From Roseibacillus sp. (GTDB taxonomy: Bacteria; Verrucomicrobiota; Verrucomicrobiia; Verrucomicrobiales; Akkermansiaceae), in contig JBPOGI010000003.1 in the NCBI GenBank assembly GCA_051251855.1, positions 256,001-320,000 of the forward strand: 64,000 nucleotides of DNA, given 5' to 3'. A program made the position numbers and the translations under genes. Below, one piece after another: positions 47,549 through 62,007 of this stretch; the stretch's first letter is position 1, and every line of letters begins with the position of its first letter. The notes under the pieces were generated by a model. The model searched no databases and was not told the origin of the DNA. It saw only the letters and a list, made by a program, of their open reading frames with translations.

Positions 47549-48748
47549 ATGGCCAAGACGTTTATTTTTTCCTCCGAATCGGTGACTGAGGGTCACCCAG
47601 ACAAAGTGTGTGATACAGTTTCTGATGCAGTTCTCGACGCCTGTTTGGCGCAGGACTCTGCCAGTCGTGTCGCTTGTGAAACCTTCGTAAAGGACAATGT
47701 GGTTGGCCTTGCCGGTGAAATTACGACTTCTGCTGAGTTTGACTACGGCGCTGTTGTGAAGAACACCATTAAAGAAATTGGTTACGACGAGGATTACGCG
47801 GAGGGAACTCCATATTCTTACGATTGTAAGTTCGAGAAGGGTGCCCTTTTCATGAACCTTCTGGGCCGTCAGTCTCCTGATATTGCGCAGGGAGTTGACG
47901 CGGCTGCTGCTGACAACAAGGACACTGCTGAGCAGGGTGCTGGTGACCAGGGAATCATGTTTGGTTACGCTAATGCTGAGACTCCCGAGTTGATGCCTGC
48001 TCCAGTCCTCTATTCCCACAAGTTGGGTGAGGCTTTGACCAACCTTCGTAAGGATAAGACGCATACTTGGTTGCGTCCCGACTCCAAGACTCAGGTTTCT
48101 ATCGAGTATGTTGACGGCAAGCCTAACCGCATCACTGCAGTGGTCGTTTCCACCATGCACGCGGCCGAAATCACTACTCCTGAAATTCGTGAGCTTCTCA
48201 AGCGCGACCTCATCGACAAGGTGCTTCCTCAAGAGCTTCTCACCGACGACACCGAACTCCTTATCAATCCTACTGGTCTTTTCATCATTGGTGGACCCGA
48301 AGGTGATGCCGGTCTAACAGGTCGTAAGATTATCGTTGATACCTACGGAGGCATGGGCCGTCACGGTGGTGGTGCTTTCTCTGGTAAAGACCCTTCCAAG
48401 GTAGACCGCTCAGCCGCTTACATGTGCCGCTGGGTTGCTAAGAATATCGTCGCTGCTGGTCTCGCGACCCAATGCGAGCTTCAGACTGCTTATGCGATTG
48501 GATATCCCCATCCCGTCAGCCTCAATGTCGATACCTTCGGAACCGGCACTGTTTCTGAAGAGGCTATCGAAAAAGCGGTGAGCGAGGTCTTCTCCTTCAA
48601 GCCTGCGGATATCGTTTCTCAGCTTGATCTTCTCCGTCCTATCTACGGTAAGTCCACTAACTATGGCCACTTTGGTCGTGAGGACGCCGGACTTCCTTGG
48701 GAAGAGAAGAACAAGGTTGCGGACCTTAAGTCAGCAGTTGGAGCCTAA
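47549..48748 (+). CDS. metK: S-adenosylmethionine synthetase
   Basis: [47 protein letters not shown]. Confidence 0.98.
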   Translation: MAKTFIFSSESVTEGHPDKVCDTVSDAVLDACLAQDSASRVACETFVKDNVVGLAGEITTSAEFDYGAVVKNTIKEIGYDEDYAEGTPYSYDCKFEKGALFMNLLGRQSPDIAQGVDAAAADNKDTAEQGAGDQGIMFGYANAETPELMPAPVLYSHKLGEALTNLRKDKTHTWLRPDSKTQVSIEYVDGKPNRITAVVVSTMHAAEITTPEIRELLKRDLIDKVLPQELLTDDTELLINPTGLFIIGGPEGDAGLTGRKIIVDTYGGMGRHGGGAFSGKDPSKVDRSAAYMCRWVAKNIVAAGLATQCELQTAYAIGYPHPVSLNVDTFGTGTVSEEAIEKAVSEVFSFKPADIVSQLDLLRPIYGKSTNYGHFGREDAGLPWEEKNKVADLKSAVGA

Positions 48749-48793
48749 TCCTCCTCAATTTCAGAACGAAAAACTTAAAAACTAAATTTACAG

Positions 48794-50200
48794 ATGAGCG
48801 AAGACTATAAAGTAAAAGACATTGGATTGGCCGATTTTGGCCGTAAGGAGATTGACATCGCGGAGCATGAGATGCCCGGCTTGATGCAGATTGCAGAAAA
48901 GTATGGTGCCGATGCTCCTCTTAAAGGTGTCCGCGTCATGGGTTCATTGCACATGACCATTCAGACGGCAGTTTTGATTGAAGCGTTGAAGAAAGTCGGT
49001 GCCGATGTGCGCTGGTGTTCTTGTAACATTTTCTCAACTCAGGACCACGCCGCGGCAGTGATTGCTGCAGGTGGCACTCCTGTCTTTGCCTGGAAGGGCG
49101 AGACTCTGGAGGAATACTGGTGGTGCACATGGCAGGCGCTTCAGTTCCCAGGAGGTTTGGGACCGCAGATGATTGTGGACGATGGCGGCGACGCGACTCT
49201 TCTTCTCCACAAAGGGGTTGAGCTTGAGAATGGATCCGATTGGGTCAACGAGCCTGCTTCTTCTCAGGAAGAGGGAGTCATCAAGGACCTTCTTAAGCAG
49301 ATTCACAAGGACCGTCCAGGCGTGTTCACCGAGTTCATGAAAGAGCTCAAAGGTGTCTCCGAGGAGACCACCACTGGTGTTCACCGCCTCTACAAGATGC
49401 ATGAAGAGGGTAAGTTGATGGTTCCTGCGATCAACGTGAACGACTCTGTGACCAAGTCAAAATTCGACAACCTCTACGGTTGCCGCGAGTCCCTCGTCGA
49501 CGGCATCAAGCGTGCGACTGACGTGATGATTTCCGGTAAGGTCGGTGTGGTCTGTGGATACGGTGATGTCGGCAAAGGTTGTGCCCAAGCACTTCGTGCC
49601 CAAGGCGCTCAGGTAGTCGTGACCGAGGTGGACCCCATTTGCGCGCTGCAAGCGGCGATGGAAGGCTTCCGCGTTCTCACTATTGAGGACACTCTTGGTT
49701 GGGGTGACATCTACGTCACCACTACTGGTAACTACGACATCATCCGCTTCGAGCACATGGAGAAGATGAAGGACCAGGCGATCGTTTGTAACATTGGTCA
49801 CTTCGACAACGAGATTCAGATGGAGAAGCTTGAGAACGCGAAGGATGTGGTTCACACCAACATCAAGCCTCAGGTCGACAAGTATACTTTCCCAAGCGGA
49901 AACAGCATTTACATGCTCGCCGAAGGCCGTCTAGTGAACCTTGGTTGCGGCACAGGTCACCCTAGCTTCGTGATGTCTAACAGCTTCACTAACCAAGTCC
50001 TCGCACAAATCGAGCTTTGGAAGACTCGCGAGACCCGCGAAATCGGAGTGGAAGTGCTTCCTAAGCACCTCGACGAAGAAGTGGCACGTCTCCACTTGGA
50101 GAAGATTGGTTGTAAGCTGACCGTTCTTTCCGAGAAGCAAGCGGACTACATCGGCGTGAAGCCCGAAGGTCCGTTCAAGGGCGAGACTTACCGTTACTAG
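48794..50200 (+). CDS. ahcY: Adenosylhomocysteinase
   Basis: [56 protein letters not shown]. Confidence 0.98.
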   Translation: MSEDYKVKDIGLADFGRKEIDIAEHEMPGLMQIAEKYGADAPLKGVRVMGSLHMTIQTAVLIEALKKVGADVRWCSCNIFSTQDHAAAVIAAGGTPVFAWKGETLEEYWWCTWQALQFPGGLGPQMIVDDGGDATLLLHKGVELENGSDWVNEPASSQEEGVIKDLLKQIHKDRPGVFTEFMKELKGVSEETTTGVHRLYKMHEEGKLMVPAINVNDSVTKSKFDNLYGCRESLVDGIKRATDVMISGKVGVVCGYGDVGKGCAQALRAQGAQVVVTEVDPICALQAAMEGFRVLTIEDTLGWGDIYVTTTGNYDIIRFEHMEKMKDQAIVCNIGHFDNEIQMEKLENAKDVVHTNIKPQVDKYTFPSGNSIYMLAEGRLVNLGCGTGHPSFVMSNSFTNQVLAQIELWKTRETREIGVEVLPKHLDEEVARLHLEKIGCKLTVLSEKQADYIGVKPEGPFKGETYRY

Positions 50201-50229
50201 TTCTTTAAGAATTTCAGCAACACACGCAG

Positions 50230-50260
50230 GAACGGTCTCTCTTCGGAGAGGCCGTTTTTT
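50230..50260 (+). terminator. Terminator after ahcY
   Basis: AACGGTCTCTC-TTCG-GAGAGGCCGTT followed by a T tract. Confidence 0.85.
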
Positions 50261-50288
50261 GTGGCAACGCGTATTTGGTCGTAGAGAG

Positions 50289-50642
50289 TCAGGGTAAACG
50301 TTTGATATCTCGGTTCAGCTTCTCGATTTCTTTTGATAATTGGAGCATGACAGGATGCTTCGGACCAAGGCCTTCTTTCGCATTCCTATCGCGCTCTTTT
50401 GCCAACTCGATGCGCCGGTTCACGAGTGGATGGTGAAACTTACTCACAGAGTTGGAAGACTTGGTTGCGGTGAACTTTTCACGTTGCATCTCCACTTTGC
50501 GAGAACTGGACGAGGTATTCAGAATGAGGTTGGTATCGTTCTCTTCGGAGCTCGTAGGATTTTCGGCCTTCCGAAGAGCCATGAGCGTTGCGGAGGCCAA
50601 AATCAAACAGCCGAAAATTGCGAGAGGGAGAGAACTTGTCAC
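50289..50642 (-). CDS. Small hypothetical exported protein
   Basis: N-terminal hydrophobic segment; coiled coil with GLGPKHP motif. Confidence 0.5.
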   Translation of the reverse strand: MTSSLPLAIFGCLILASATLMALRKAENPTSSEENDTNLILNTSSSSRKVEMQREKFTATKSSNSVSKFHHPLVNRRIELAKERDRNAKEGLGPKHPVMLQLSKEIEKLNRDIKRLP

Positions 50643-50911
50643 TTACCATTCACCGACGGGACTGTGGGTTTTTGTCTTGCAGGTTTGAGGATAGAAAAAA
50701 TTCCTCGCGAACCTTTTCTCTCTGGTGAATAAAAAATCAGAGTTGAAGTTTTGCGCTGCGACTACGTTTTTAGCCTGGGGACTTTTGGGGATCTGGTTTT
50801 TTCTATGATGCTAGTCCTTAACGCAGTGTCATTTGACTAAAGTCGACGCTCCGGAGGATTCTGGTGGAAATCTCGCTCTACCTTTTTCCGGAGACGTGAT
50901 AGACTTCTTCC

Positions 50912-51763
50912 ATGACCTCCCGACTTGGTGTTAAGAAGACCTACAAACTCTTTATTGGTGGCAAATTTCCTCGTACGGAATCGGGCCGATTTATCGAGTT
51001 TGCAGGTGGTGATGGGGAATTCCTGGCGAATGTCTCTTGGGGAAGTAAAAAGGACTTACGAAATTCGGTGGTAGCTGCTCGCTCTGCTCAGTGCGGATGG
51101 GCGGGAGCTTCAGCATATCTGAAGGGGCAGATTCTTTATCGGATCGCAGAGGTTCTGGATGGTCGTGGCTCTCAGTTTGTGGATGAGCTGGTAGCACAGG
51201 GCTTAGACGAAGCGGCGGCAGCGAAAGAGGTTAGCGAAGCTATTGACCTTTTAGTGCACTATGCGGGCTGGAGTGATAAATACAGCGCGCTCTTCTCTAG
51301 CGTGAATCCGGTAGCGAGTTCGCATTTTAACTTTTCTGTTCCGGAGCCGATGGGCGTTGTTGGAATGATTGCGCCGAATCGTTCGGGTCTCTTGGGACTT
51401 GTCTCTGTTCTTGCTCCCGCCATTGTGGGTGGAAACAGCGTGATATTACTTGCGTCCGAAAAGTTTCCTCTCACTGCGATTTCGTTTGCAGAGGTTCTCG
51501 CGACATCCGACGTGCCAGGTGGGGTGGTGAATATTCTGACCGGTAAGCGCGATGAGTTACAGGTCGCATTCGCCAGTCACATGGACATTAACGGGGTCGT
51601 TCTTTGCAGTGGTGATAAGGCGGCGATCAAGGCTGTTGAGCTTGAGTCTGCTGAAAACCTTAAAAGGGTGGTGAAGCATTCGGATCGTCCCTTGGCGGCA
51701 AGTCCCTATCACATTCTCGACCTCCAAGAGACCAAGACGACTTGGCACCCGATTGGGGTTTAG
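50912..51763 (+). CDS. Short aldehyde dehydrogenase family protein lacking the catalytic domain
   Basis: KLFIGGKFPRTESGR, EPMGVVG, VPGGVVNILTG, TKTTWHP; only 283 aa. Confidence 0.85.
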   Translation: MTSRLGVKKTYKLFIGGKFPRTESGRFIEFAGGDGEFLANVSWGSKKDLRNSVVAARSAQCGWAGASAYLKGQILYRIAEVLDGRGSQFVDELVAQGLDEAAAAKEVSEAIDLLVHYAGWSDKYSALFSSVNPVASSHFNFSVPEPMGVVGMIAPNRSGLLGLVSVLAPAIVGGNSVILLASEKFPLTAISFAEVLATSDVPGGVVNILTGKRDELQVAFASHMDINGVVLCSGDKAAIKAVELESAENLKRVVKHSDRPLAASPYHILDLQETKTTWHPIGV

Positions 51764-51807
51764 TGCGAAAAGTTCGCTAAATTTTTTCTCTTCTGCATGA
51801 TAGTCTC

Positions 51808-52512
51808 ATGCGCAGCATTTTATTGTTCGTCCTTTTCGCTTCATTTTTGGGTGCGGATGAAAAGCCGGTGGCTCAGATTGACGGCACTGGTGCAGGCTGG
51901 GCTGACCTAACGAGCAAAGACTTTGTCAACATCAATTGCAAAGAGGATACTTGGAAATGGGAGGGGAATAATGCCTCCTGTTCAGGTCAACCTGTAGGTG
52001 TGATTGCAACTCAGGAGGTTTTTACGAATTTCGAACTCTCACTGGAATGGAAGCACCATAAGCCGGCTGGGAATTCTGGAGTCTTTGTATGGGGAATTCC
52101 GGAGATTCTAACAGCAATGAAAGAGGGAGATGATAAGCGACTATTGCCTGCTGGAATCGAGGTTCAAGTGCTCGATTTAGCCTACAAGACGAATTACGAG
52201 AAAAAGGGGAAGGTTGCGACCTGGTTCACTTGTCACGGGGACGTCTTTGCGGTTGGAGAGGCCAAGTTGACTCCGTTTCCTCCGCTTTCGCCTAATGGGA
52301 GTCGCTCCTTTCCGACGGCTGAAACCACGAGACCTCATGGGGAGTGGAACCACTATTATATCCGCTGTCTTAATGGAGATGTTCGTCTTTGGGTGAATGG
52401 TAAGGAGGTGTCGGGCGGAAACCAAGCGAGCCCAGCAAGCGGTCAGATTTGTTTGGAGTCCGAGGGTTCGCCTATCGATTTTCGTAACCTGAGAATTCGG
52501 GTGCTCCCTTAG
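51808..52512 (+). CDS. DUF1080 / 3-keto-disaccharide hydrolase family protein
   Basis: NFELSLEWK, GNSGVF, EVQVLD, GEWNHY, LESEG..FRNLRI. Confidence 0.88.
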   Translation: MRSILLFVLFASFLGADEKPVAQIDGTGAGWADLTSKDFVNINCKEDTWKWEGNNASCSGQPVGVIATQEVFTNFELSLEWKHHKPAGNSGVFVWGIPEILTAMKEGDDKRLLPAGIEVQVLDLAYKTNYEKKGKVATWFTCHGDVFAVGEAKLTPFPPLSPNGSRSFPTAETTRPHGEWNHYYIRCLNGDVRLWVNGKEVSGGNQASPASGQICLESEGSPIDFRNLRIRVLP

Positions 52513-52579
52513 ATCTAAAGAAAAACCCCCGCCGCTCGCCAGCGACAGGGGCTTTTGGGGGACATGGTGGACAGGGTTT

Positions 52580-54583
52580 TTAGTGGGATGCGACCATGGG
52601 AGGGGCAAGAGCCAGCATGAGGCAGGGCATATTGGCTGCGAAGTCGAGGTCCGCTGCTCGGCGGGTCAAGTCATCGAAGGTGCGAGGCACGAAGGGGGGA
52701 ACCGGATCGTTAATGGGCATTCCTGAACCGGTAAGGAACCCGGAGAGGTGAGATTCAGAGCCTTGGTCGCGTTCGCTAATATGAACAAATCCAATGGAAC
52801 CAGTAGTCGCTGGGACGAAGGGGGGAATGGGAGCGTTGAAGGCTCCCGCCTCGCCGCCGTGGCAGCCACTACAAGTGTTCAGGGAGAAGCAATGACGAGC
52901 ATCGTTATTAGAGATGCCGGTTGCGCTCCAAACGAAGGGTGGGACTTCTGACTTTCCTGCCAAGAAGGGAGTCGCCCCTGGGAAGGATAGGGGAACGGTG
53001 TGAGCTCCCGCCAAGATGTCTGGTTCGAAGGTGTTGATGTAGTTGGCCAAGTCGGTGGTGTTATTCTTGATGGCAGCGGGGGTCTGTTTTGTAGTTACCT
53101 CAGTTAGGTCGTTAGGAGCGACGCCAGATCCGGTGATTTGCCACTCGCGCATGGTCCAAGGGCCACCGAGGAAGTTGTTGCTCCGGAGTTGGTTGAGAGC
53201 ACTTCCGTTGGGTTTGGAAGAATCGGAGTTGGCAAGAGAGACGAAGAGCATCAGGTCCTCGAGAGCAGGATTGAAGGTGGGGGAGCCCAAGCTGTCAGAG
53301 GTCAAGGCCTGCCATTGTTGGGCCCATTGCTTGATTTGGCGACAGCCTGAAAGGGGGACACCGTATTCAAAAATGACCGTCATCGGTAAGTGTGCGCCGG
53401 TATCGAGGTCGTAGGCGCAGAAGACAAAGCGCGCTTCGCCAGCATCGCCCGAGGTGTAGCCAGAGCCGCTGCGAAGGTCGACCCGATTGACGATGGCTGT
53501 CAGGCGGAAGGGAGCGTTTTGTAAGTCCAAGGGATCCAGTCCCATGGCAATGTTACGGGTTTCCCACTTTTCGATAATGTCGGCTTGTACAGCTCCTCCG
53601 CGAGGAGGGACGGTGTCGAAGTTGATCACTTGTGTCGTTTCAAAGTGATCGATCCATCGACGGGCAAAGAGCTTGGGATCGAGTCCGGTCATGGGCTGAT
53701 TGCAAAGCTGCTCCATCAGGAACTGGAAGGTCCATGTTCCACCGGGGGTTCCGGTGTTGGTGAAGGCGTCCCAGGTTCGATCAGGATCCTCCACTACAGT
53801 GAGGTCGGTGATGACGAGTGACTTGGCGGGATCGACTGCGGCGGCGGAGCCCATGATGGGAGCGCCGGGTATGACGACGGGTTGAATATCGCCTCCGTTG
53901 GTGAAGGGAAAGAGGTCAAAGTTATCACCGAGGTCCGCTTGAGTAGGAACGGTGAAATGGCCGGTAAGCTGACGACCCATATAGACTGGAACAGTGCCGT
54001 CGCCATTATTGCGCAGGCGTTCGAGTGAGGTGTTGAGTTCCTCTTTAAAGTTTTGAGAAACGCCATCAGGGAGTGTTCCGGAGAAGCCGCCAGGAATGGT
54101 TGTGGGCATCATTTGCACTCGTTGTCCTTCGAGGAAAATGGGGAATCCTTGAGGAAAAAATTCGTTGTCCTCTACTTCGGAATGGTTGGGTGGGAATTGG
54201 ATGGTGAGGGCGTTGCCATTGAGGGAGAGGGAGGAGGGCCGTGTTTTCCGAGTGTCGGGTACGGTGCCTTTTTCGATCAGTTGTTTGACTGTGGATCCAA
54301 ACTCTTGGTCTCCGACTTTCACTTTGGCACGGAAGAGTTTGGTCGGATCATCCATGGGAACGTCGAGTTCAATGATACGCTGTTGTTCATCGGCTGTGAC
54401 TTCGGTGGTGGTCGTTCCATCGGGGTTGATGCGCTCGATCTCCACCTGTGGGGCTTTGATACGGACACGCATGGAGTCGCCGCTGATTTCGGTGGATTCG
54501 ATTTCTTGTCCAAAGGCGAGTCCGCTACTGAGTCCAAGTAGAGGGAAGCCAATGAGTCGGAGGGGTCTGTATTTCATTTTCAT
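52580..54583 (-). CDS. Secreted hypothetical protein with a single CxxCH motif
   Basis: Signal peptide; PFRLTAIVNRVDL, GEARFVF, LNQLRSN, SLNTCSGCH. Confidence 0.75.
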   Translation of the reverse strand: MKMKYRPLRLIGFPLLGLSSGLAFGQEIESTEISGDSMRVRIKAPQVEIERINPDGTTTTEVTADEQQRIIELDVPMDDPTKLFRAKVKVGDQEFGSTVKQLIEKGTVPDTRKTRPSSLSLNGNALTIQFPPNHSEVEDNEFFPQGFPIFLEGQRVQMMPTTIPGGFSGTLPDGVSQNFKEELNTSLERLRNNGDGTVPVYMGRQLTGHFTVPTQADLGDNFDLFPFTNGGDIQPVVIPGAPIMGSAAAVDPAKSLVITDLTVVEDPDRTWDAFTNTGTPGGTWTFQFLMEQLCNQPMTGLDPKLFARRWIDHFETTQVINFDTVPPRGGAVQADIIEKWETRNIAMGLDPLDLQNAPFRLTAIVNRVDLRSGSGYTSGDAGEARFVFCAYDLDTGAHLPMTVIFEYGVPLSGCRQIKQWAQQWQALTSDSLGSPTFNPALEDLMLFVSLANSDSSKPNGSALNQLRSNNFLGGPWTMREWQITGSGVAPNDLTEVTTKQTPAAIKNNTTDLANYINTFEPDILAGAHTVPLSFPGATPFLAGKSEVPPFVWSATGISNNDARHCFSLNTCSGCHGGEAGAFNAPIPPFVPATTGSIGFVHISERDQGSESHLSGFLTGSGMPINDPVPPFVPRTFDDLTRRAADLDFAANMPCLMLALAPPMVASH

Positions 54584-55482
54584 TGTTTGTGCTTGTTTTT
54601 AGTTTCTTTGATTTGTTCGTCCGAGGTTTTGTGAAGTATTTCTTTGAGCCATGGTCTGAGTGCGTGCACTTCGAGTGAGAGTCCAACTTCGCCAAAGCTG
54701 CCGTTGAGCCGATGGTCTTGGTCGCGATGCCCGCGATGGCGGGCACAGTTGAGACTGACGAGACGAGTGCGACCTTGTTGGTCGAGGATGAGCCCTGCAC
54801 CTCCAGAGTCGCCCGAGGCGAAATGGGCTTCGTGAGGGCCCAGGGTGTCGGCAGAATCGAAGTGATAGATCCAGATGGGCCAATCGCCTGGAGGGAGCCG
54901 GAAGTCGAGGCACTGGCCAGGAGAGAGGGATTTTTCGAAATGATTGAAGCCGATGGTGAAGGTGCCGCTGCTTTCGATGGCTCCTAGTTGCCCTGTGCCC
55001 CGATGCCCGAATCCAGTGAGGGCGATGAGGTCGCCAGCATTGATCGGTTGTGTTGAGATTTGGAGACCGGAGACTTCGTGCGCAGGGATGGGTTGGTCGA
55101 GTTCGATGAGGGCTGCGTCCCAAATTTTTCGCAAGGGAGCGGTGGTGCCGGAGGGATGAAGTTGAATTGATTTCCAGTGGCGACGCTGGTTTTGGGCATT
55201 TGGAAAGGTGACGAGTCCATTCTTCAGCTGCTCAGGTCGCAAACAATTGGTGACGTGGGCTGCGGTGAGAATGTGGGTTCCGCCCTCGAGGAGGACGCCA
55301 CTTGCAGGAACGCCGAAGGGGGTGTGGATGAGGACGATGGCACTGGTGTCGAGACCTTCCTTCCAAGATTTGACCTGGGCCGTAAGAGTTGGATCAAGCT
55401 TGCCGCTTCTTGCGAGAACAAGGGCGTTGGTTGACGATACTCCGAGAAGGAGAAGGGTCGAAACCATTGCAAGCGCTCGCAT
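54580..55482 (-). CDS. Secreted trypsin-like serine protease
   Basis: ILTAAHV, DAALIEL, GDSGG triad; stop overlaps the next start (ATGA). Confidence 0.85.
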   Translation of the reverse strand: MRALAMVSTLLLLGVSSTNALVLARSGKLDPTLTAQVKSWKEGLDTSAIVLIHTPFGVPASGVLLEGGTHILTAAHVTNCLRPEQLKNGLVTFPNAQNQRRHWKSIQLHPSGTTAPLRKIWDAALIELDQPIPAHEVSGLQISTQPINAGDLIALTGFGHRGTGQLGAIESSGTFTIGFNHFEKSLSPGQCLDFRLPPGDWPIWIYHFDSADTLGPHEAHFASGDSGGAGLILDQQGRTRLVSLNCARHRGHRDQDHRLNGSFGEVGLSLEVHALRPWLKEILHKTSDEQIKETKNKHKQ

Positions 55483-55625
55483 AAGCCCTTCCAACCGGAG
55501 ACCGATTTCGTCATTTTTAAAAAAGGTGACGATGAGAAGACGTCCCAGTCGGAGAGTCGGCTTTTATTACCGCATCCTAGCGATTTCGGCGGCAGTAAAG
55601 GCCGCCGCTTCATAAGAGCCCTCTA

Positions 55626-56591
55626 CTAGCTACAGAGAGGTTTGCAGAGTTTGAGGATTTTTTCGCTCATCTCAGCTTTTCCTTCAGCAACTTCGCGCAC
55701 GCTGGTGGTGCTATAGAGTCCGTCTCGGTAGGTCATGATACGGCTGGTTTCTCCTCGTTGCAGGGAGTCAATGGCGCCGGTAGCAAAGTGATAGGCCATA
55801 ATGCGATCGCGCACAGTAGGGGAGCCTCCGCGTTGGGTGTGGCCGAGCACAGTGAGACGAGCGTCCATATTGAGGGTGTCGCCTACCCAGCGAGTGAGGT
55901 AGTCGCCCATCTTGACACCCTCGGCAACGATGGCAATGAGGTAGGTGCGTCCGTTTTCTTTCTCTTCGCGCAAACGTTCTTGCATGACGTCGAGGTCGTA
56001 ATCGATCTCGGGGACGAGACAGATTTCAGCCCCACAAGCGAGGGCGCTGACCATGGCGAGGTATCCACTGTGACGCCCCATAACCTCGATGACGAAGGCG
56101 CGGGAAAAGGAGCTGGCGGTGTCGCGAATGGAGTCGATGGAATTGAGAATGACGTTGAGAGCGGTATCGACGCCCAGGCAGTAGTCGGTGCCGGGAATGT
56201 CGTTATCGATGGTGGCAGGCACTCCAGCAAAGGGGATCTCGAAGTCGGCGTGAAATTGATGGAGGGCGTTGAAGGAGCCGTCGCCGCCAATGACGACCAG
56301 TTTGCCGATCCCTTTTTCCTTCAGGTTGTTGTAGGCGACTTGGCGCATCTCGTAGTCGAAGAATCGCTTGGAGCGAGAGGAGCGGAGGACGGTGCCGCCA
56401 CGGTGTAGGATGCCGGAGACGTCCTCGGGTTCGGCCTTCTTGATTTTGTCGTCGATGAGACCGCGCAGGCCGTCGTAGACGAGATAGGGTTCTAGGCCCT
56501 GCTGGCGGGCATAGTCGGTGGCGCATTTGATGGCGGGATTCATTCCTGCGGAATCACCGCCGGACGTCATAATGGCTACCTTGTCGCTCAT
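55626..56591 (-). CDS. pfkA: 6-phosphofructokinase
   Basis: TSGGDSAGMN, IGGDGS, TIDND, EVMGR, LGHTQRGG. Confidence 0.95.
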   Translation of the reverse strand: MSDKVAIMTSGGDSAGMNPAIKCATDYARQQGLEPYLVYDGLRGLIDDKIKKAEPEDVSGILHRGGTVLRSSRSKRFFDYEMRQVAYNNLKEKGIGKLVVIGGDGSFNALHQFHADFEIPFAGVPATIDNDIPGTDYCLGVDTALNVILNSIDSIRDTASSFSRAFVIEVMGRHSGYLAMVSALACGAEICLVPEIDYDLDVMQERLREEKENGRTYLIAIVAEGVKMGDYLTRWVGDTLNMDARLTVLGHTQRGGSPTVRDRIMAYHFATGAIDSLQRGETSRIMTYRDGLYSTTSVREVAEGKAEMSEKILKLCKPLCS

Positions 56592-56649
56592 GCTTCCCTC
56601 GTAGCAGCCTGCGAACCACGTGCAAGTCTGGGATGCAAGGTTTCGGTGC

Positions 56650-56850
56650 TTACATGATTTTTGCGCTGGCTCCCAGGAGACCGAGAATGACGAAGGCCAT
56701 GATCCATGCCATTACGAGCTGAAAGTTGAACAAAAGCGCGATGAGGAAAGCGGAAATGCCAACGAGAAGAACCCCTCGAACGGCGTAGCGTCCGAGTTTG
56801 TCCAAGCGATGATCTTCCTGCTTTATTGTTTGGAGATTGGCATAGAAAGG
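56650..56850 (-). CDS. Small two-TM membrane protein (start uncertain)
   Basis: Hydrophobic hairpin GVLLVGISAFLIALLF...; no clear in-frame upstream ATG. Confidence 0.4.
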   Translation of the reverse strand, partial: PFYANLQTIKQEDHRLDKLGRYAVRGVLLVGISAFLIALLFNFQLVMAWIMAFVILGLLGASAKIM

Positions 56851-56927
56851 GAGAGGGTGGAAGTAGGAAAGGGAGCGGACTTCTGGGCGAGCCCAAAGCG
56901 GTGCGCAGCACCGCACTCCACAAGGTC

Positions 56928-58102
56928 CTAGAGCAAATGGGCGCCTTGGGCGGGGCGGGTGGCGAAGATTTCGGGGGTGATCTGGGTTTCGGAAAGATAG
57001 CGCTCGTGCATGGCAGTGGCGATTTCGCGCGCTTTGTCTTTAAGGCAAAGAGTGACGGTGGAGCCGCCAAAGCCGCCTCCGGTCATGCGGCTGCCGAGGA
57101 CGCCGCCATCAAAGCCGATGTCTTCGGCGGTGCGGACCATGAGGTCGAGTTCGGGACAGGAGACGTTGAAGTCGTCGCGCAAGGAATCGTGGGAGTCCTT
57201 CATGAGCTTGCCGATGTTGGCGTATTCGCCGGTTTTGAAACCTTCGGCGGCTTCGATGGTGCGTGCGATTTCGCCGACGACGTGGCGGGAGCGACGGTAG
57301 ACACGATCGCCCATGGCTTCCTTGGCGGCTTCGACATCAGCCAAGGTGGCATCGCGCCAACTACTTTTACCAATGGCGGCGAGGCCGTCTTCGGTGTCCT
57401 TGCGGCGGGCGGCGTAGCCTCCATCGGAGAGGTCGTGCGAGACGCAGGTGTTGGCGACGATGATTTCGAGATCAGGATTGGTGAAGGGGACGAGCTCGGG
57501 TTCACCGTTTTGACAATCGATGAGGATGAGCTGGTCTCTTTTGCCGAAGGCGGAGGCGAATTGGTCCATGATGCCGCAGGGGACACCGGCAAAGTCATGT
57601 TCGGCCTTTTGGGCGAGAAGAGCTTTTTCCTTGGTGTCGAGAGTGGTGTCGAGAAGACCTTCCAACAGCGTGGCGACGGCGCACTCGAGGGCCGCGGAAG
57701 AGGAGAGTCCTCCACCGGAGGGGACACTGGAGACAAAGCAGGCATCAAAGCCGGGGATGGTGTGACCGCGTTGTTGAAAGCCGTGAATGACCCCTCGCAC
57801 GTAGTTGGCCCACTTGGGCTCGGCGAGGGTGATTTCCTCGTCGAGAGAGATGGTGGCCTCCGGTTGGCCGACCGAGCGAAGGCGCACTTCATTACGGCCG
57901 TTGGGAGTGGCGGCGATGACGATGTAGCGTTCGATGGCGAGAGGGAGCACAAAGCCATCACAATAGTCGATGTGCTCGCCAATCAGATTGACGCGACCGG
58001 GCGCGGCGGCGGCGAGGCTGGCTTCGCTCCCGAAGTAGTGCTTAAGTTGGGACTTGGCGTCCGCGACGAGGTCGGCGAGTGGTTGATTCGGTTGGAGAGT
58101 CA

Positions 58103-58103
<1 letters not shown>
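56928..58103 (-). CDS. galK: Galactokinase
   Basis: APGRVNLIGEHIDY, GGGLSSSAALE, CGIMDQ, SRMTGGGFGG. Confidence 0.96.
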
Positions 58104-61870
<3,767 letters not shown>

Positions 61871-62007
61871 TCATAAACAGTCGGCAAGGGAAGAACCGTT
61901 ACAGGGAATGTGTGTTTTCACGCATCTTCTTTGAATTAAACAGACGAGTGTTGGGAGTATGGAGGGATTTCGCTGGTCACAGGCATCATTCTTGCTCTGC
62001 TAGTGAT

